64,000 nucleotides of DNA from a virus. Taxonomy: Duplodnaviria > Caudoviricetes. Below, piece by piece: positions 60,897 through 64,000 of this stretch. A model generated the notes under the pieces. That model did no database searches. It was given only the letters and a program-made list of their open reading frames with translations, and was not told where the DNA came from. The number at the start of each line of letters is the position of its first letter. Position 1 is the stretch's first letter. The translations under genes were made by a program, and so were the position numbers. Location: positions 1 to 64,000 of the IMG/VR virus record IMGVR_UViG_3300006056_000001. The stretch is one strand, 5' to 3'.

Positions 60897-60933
60897 AATT
60901 AAAATAGAGCCGGTAGGACGACCCCACCGGCCC
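60897..60933 (-). terminator. Intrinsic terminator at the 3' end of the structured RNA element
   Basis: GGGCCGGUGGG-GUCGU-CCUACCGGCUC (11 bp; two G-U pairs set the strand), followed by UAUUUUAAUU. Confidence 0.8.
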
Positions 60934-61040
60934 TGTGATACTGTCAAAGGTAGCGATTCAAAGAACAGTATCGACTTTGCTAGAAGGCTGTTGTCAGCAC
61001 ACTCTAGCACGGTCCACTCAGGGCACGACCTGAGTTTTGT
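60900..61040 (-). ncRNA. Candidate structured RNA or attenuator with four consecutive hairpins; family unknown
   Basis: GC-rich island in the only long intergenic gap. Stems: 61016-61022/61029-61035; 60978-60984/61003-61009 with inner 60987-60990/60995-60998; 60937-60944/60965-60972; 60907-60917/60923-60933. Confidence 0.6.
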
Positions 61041-61043
61041 CTC

Positions 61044-61066
61044 AATATAATTGCGATTCATTTATA
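61044..61066 (-). promoter_or_regulatory. Possible promoter elements upstream of the structured RNA (TATAAAT 61066-61060; TATATT 61049-61044)
   Basis: TATATT lies 8 nt upstream of the first hairpin. No clear -35 box, and the AT-rich background weakens the call. Confidence 0.3.
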
Positions 61067-61076
61067 CTTCGTTTTT

Positions 61077-63974
61077 TTACAAAAAAGTGACAATCACATT
61101 TGTGACAGTTTCTGTCAAATACGAAGTAGCAAAAGCTTGTGAAATTTCTGAATGTACTAGAGCAACAGGTACATTTTCCATTTGTTTATTGCTTCCTGCA
61201 GAAACAGATACGTCTTTTCTAGTCATCCTTACTGGTACAGCAGGTACACTAACACTAGCAGAAATACTAGAAGTAGCAGTAGTTGTGAATGTTGAGGGTC
61301 TTAATATTAAAGAGGAAGATTCTACAGAAGCTTGAGCATTTATACTATTTACAACAATACTTGTAGTAATAGGAGGAATTACAAATGTAGAATGTAAAGG
61401 AGCCAAGTTAAAATAATAAACACTTGTGTCTAATAGATTTTGAACTAAGTAACCTGAGAAACTAAGCAGTATTTCTTCATAGTCTCCGTTGTCTACATTA
61501 TACACATTATGAAAGTAAGTAATAAGATCATTTGCTTTTTGTATAATAGCAGAATTATTAGAATAGAGTCCCAATAGAGCTGCCTCTCTTGCTATTACAG
61601 CATACTGTATTTCAATAGTATTGTAAACGTACCACATTCGGTGGTACTTTAAGTAGTTATATGGATAGTAAGGAGCAGTATAAGTTGTATCTTCCGCGCC
61701 ACTTCTAACATCTCTTTCTTCTTCTGTTAAATGATATCCATTTCCTGCAGAAGGAGAAGCTACTGCACAGGACACGTCTGCTTCAAAATCATACGCTCTT
61801 GTAATTACTACTTCAGATCCAGTTCTAAATCTTACTACATTGCCTACAAAGAACCCTCCTGTTGCATTTTTTAGATGTATTTTAACTGCTCTTAGGTTAT
61901 TGGCGGGAGAGTCTATATATGATAAATATATTTGACCAGATCCGCCTGTTGTTAAATTTGTTACAGTTTGTAAAGCAGGAGTGCCTATAGCAGAAAGAAA
62001 AGATTGTGCTTCTGATTCAGTATTAAAATTTATACTAAAGAACCTTCTATTAGAAGTAGTCCGGCCGTCGTTATAAGCATTCATTGTGCCGTTAGCTGCT
62101 ATATCTCTAGCTATTTCTAGCATTTTTAATCCCTGTGTATCGGAAGGGGATTCATTTAATATAGCTTTAGCGGCAAAATAGAAGCCTAAGCATGTAGCTG
62201 CTTCTTCCCAAGGCCTATAGTGTGTTAATGTATTTAAGCAACCAGGAAGCTCACATGGAGTAAGTCTAGTCATAGCTCTTACTCTTTCTATTCCTCCTGG
62301 ATAAATAGTTTTGTTTAAATATTCTGATCTACTTAAATTTAAGTTATATGTTAGGGCCGTTTTCATCCATGTTTTTAATGGAGCGTATCCGGTAGACTCA
62401 TAAATGAAAGAGCCCCATTCTTGTACACGTCCTGCCGCTCTAGCAGCAAAAGTATAACTATTTACATCAGAAGGGAACCCGCCGTAGTTATCTGATCTGT
62501 TAGCATATATCCAATATCTACTGTACATTTTTAGGAACTCTAGACTAAAATAGTCCATTGTAACTAAAGCTTGTATAACAAATAATTTATTAGTATAGTG
62601 TTCTTTATCAGGACCAAATATTTTCTGATTATTTGGAACTGCTCTTGGAAGGTCATTGTCAGAATCTAGACCTCTATTGAAACCTCTATACTTCTCACCG
62701 TTGTTGGTAAACCACAAGGTACCGTTCCATATCTTACAGCCGGCATTAAAGAATGTATCCGGATCAATTGGTTGTCCTGTAGAGTCTATATACCAATTAT
62801 GACGTGTAGCTTGTTGTCTAGTGCAGAATTCTAAATAAGGTATCCAGTTATAGTTACATGTAGATAAGAAAGGCCATCCTTTCATACCATAGGCATAGTC
62901 TCTATATCCGTGGCTTCCAGCAGAAGCTGTGTCTGGGTTATTACAGTTAGTGGGCCAGTTATAAGGGTCTCTAAGGCCCTTCATAGGCCCTTCTAGGAGG
63001 TTTAATAATGTGTTGCTCCTGGACAGTGCATCTGCATCAGAGGTGATGTAGGAAGGTCTGGGAGGCATTATACCAGTAATTGGGAAGTAGGTCTTCCAAT
63101 TTTCTGACATAGCTAGTATAGGACCGTCTTGCTCTGCTAATGAAGTTGAAGAGCTATTAAAAGTTATAATTCCCTTATAGGCATGTGACATTCCAGCAGC
63201 AAATCTATTTCTTGTGGATATAAAAGGGTTTATAAGAGTATAAGTTCTATCTGTAGCAGAGTTCTCTGTTATAGAAGGTATTTTATACTCTTCCCAGTAA
63301 ATCTTTGACTTACCTCCTAATATTCTAAGGGTTACAGGACTATTTAAATTTACAAAAGGAGAGACGCCTTGGTTATTTTCAAGAGTCGGCTCAAATCTAT
63401 AATAGCCAAATCTAAAATTAAAATGTATAAAGTCTAAATTAGAATATCCATCTAAGACTAGTTCTACCCAAAAATATCTTATTTGTGGATCTAAAGAATT
63501 TGGAAAATACTTGAATAATCTAAGTCTAATAAAATGATCTTCTGGTCCAGATCCTTCTATCACATTACTGACCATTTCATTTAATGGTAAATTATACTGA
63601 ACTCCTTGTATTGTCATTTGCACAAGAAGACTACTAAAATTAGTTACTAACGCATTTGAAAGAACAAAAGGAATAGCCGTGTAAGTAGGACTTTTTGAAA
63701 TATTAACTGTTTTTTCTTCATTCCCTGCTAAATCTACTTTAAAACTTGCTTTTGCATATTTTATACCGCCGTTATCCCATCTAGCTCCTACAGGAGACCA
63801 TTGTATTTTTTGATTACTATTACCAGATAATGCTCCTGAAACAACGAGGTTATCTGTAGTTTGTAAATTTTCTGCTCTAGAAAAAGGTATTCCTAGGGTT
63901 ACTACTCCTGTTCTGGAGTTGGATGAGTTATTTTTTATTTTAGCAGTAGACATAAATGAAATAGGGCCGTCCAT
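61077..63974 (-). CDS. Putative virion polysaccharide-lyase-like protein (RIFT-barrel, PcRGLX/YetA-like N-terminus); true start probably 63953 (MSTAKIK)
   Basis: VTLGIPFSRA...IQWSPVGARWDNGGIKYAKASF matches the VTxGxPF...Q...RWxDGSxKW RIFT-barrel pattern; helical catalytic-type middle region; Ser/Thr/Val-rich C-terminus. The ATG at 63974 lies inside a hairpin stem. Confidence 0.6.
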   Translation of the reverse strand: MDGPISFMSTAKIKNNSSNSRTGVVTLGIPFSRAENLQTTDNLVVSGALSGNSNQKIQWSPVGARWDNGGIKYAKASFKVDLAGNEEKTVNISKSPTYTAIPFVLSNALVTNFSSLLVQMTIQGVQYNLPLNEMVSNVIEGSGPEDHFIRLRLFKYFPNSLDPQIRYFWVELVLDGYSNLDFIHFNFRFGYYRFEPTLENNQGVSPFVNLNSPVTLRILGGKSKIYWEEYKIPSITENSATDRTYTLINPFISTRNRFAAGMSHAYKGIITFNSSSTSLAEQDGPILAMSENWKTYFPITGIMPPRPSYITSDADALSRSNTLLNLLEGPMKGLRDPYNWPTNCNNPDTASAGSHGYRDYAYGMKGWPFLSTCNYNWIPYLEFCTRQQATRHNWYIDSTGQPIDPDTFFNAGCKIWNGTLWFTNNGEKYRGFNRGLDSDNDLPRAVPNNQKIFGPDKEHYTNKLFVIQALVTMDYFSLEFLKMYSRYWIYANRSDNYGGFPSDVNSYTFAARAAGRVQEWGSFIYESTGYAPLKTWMKTALTYNLNLSRSEYLNKTIYPGGIERVRAMTRLTPCELPGCLNTLTHYRPWEEAATCLGFYFAAKAILNESPSDTQGLKMLEIARDIAANGTMNAYNDGRTTSNRRFFSINFNTESEAQSFLSAIGTPALQTVTNLTTGGSGQIYLSYIDSPANNLRAVKIHLKNATGGFFVGNVVRFRTGSEVVITRAYDFEADVSCAVASPSAGNGYHLTEEERDVRSGAEDTTYTAPYYPYNYLKYHRMWYVYNTIEIQYAVIAREAALLGLYSNNSAIIQKANDLITYFHNVYNVDNGDYEEILLSFSGYLVQNLLDTSVYYFNLAPLHSTFVIPPITTSIVVNSINAQASVESSSLILRPSTFTTTATSSISASVSVPAVPVRMTRKDVSVSAGSNKQMENVPVALVHSEISQAFATSYLTETVTNVIVTFL

Positions 63975-63991
63975 AATTAAATGGACGACCC
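63954..63991 (-). terminator. Intrinsic terminator of the gene upstream of the window edge
   Basis: GGGUCGUCCAU-UUAAUU-AUGGACGGCCC (11 bp, one G-U), followed by UAUUUCAUUU. A TAA at 64000-63998 may be the upstream stop. Confidence 0.8.
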
Positions 63992-64000
63992 CGTTAGTTA

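Noticed and set aside
60900-61040. tRNA, mini-CRISPR array, or known ribozyme/riboswitch
   Set aside because: No cloverleaf or TTCRA arm, no repeat-spacer periodicity, and no CUGANGA/GAAA core or aptamer consensus that I recognise.
1211-61335. The many short plus-strand ORFs (60-167 aa) and two nested minus-strand ORFs (27153-27356, 48596-48781) in the ORF track
   Set aside because: They lie within (one almost entirely within) long minus-strand genes and read as antisense or off-frame shadows, with no recognisable motifs.
1-64000. Stop-codon reassignment (genetic code 15 or 4), as seen in some jumbo phages
   Set aside because: Genes tile the window completely under the standard code with no interrupted frames, and TGA is clearly used as a stop in ATGA overlaps.

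Overview
An AT-rich (~33% GC by eye) 64-kb segment of a very large, probably jumbo, myovirus-type phage genome. It holds a neck-tail-baseplate morphogenesis cluster of 32 complete genes plus one truncated gene, all on the minus strand and mostly translationally coupled. In transcription order (right to left) it contains: a terminator, a RIFT-barrel/PL26-like protein, a ~130-nt GC-rich structured RNA element, head-tail joining genes, tail terminator, tail sheath, three tail-tube paralogues, two chaperones, a tape-measure-like protein, a 1452-aa protein, a beta-helix protein, a giant baseplate hub, gp25-like and baseplate-J wedge genes, and ~30 kb of very large baseplate/fibre proteins with carbohydrate-binding or glycosidase-like domains. 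The standout observation is the 1452-aa protein directly after the tape measure. It carries both halves of a two-barrel (double-psi beta-barrel, DPBB) RNA polymerase in the correct order, including the catalytic-type loop ITLNPL...DIDRD, so it is a candidate tail-encoded, single-chain virion RNA polymerase. All family assignments come from motif recognition by eye; no database searches were run.
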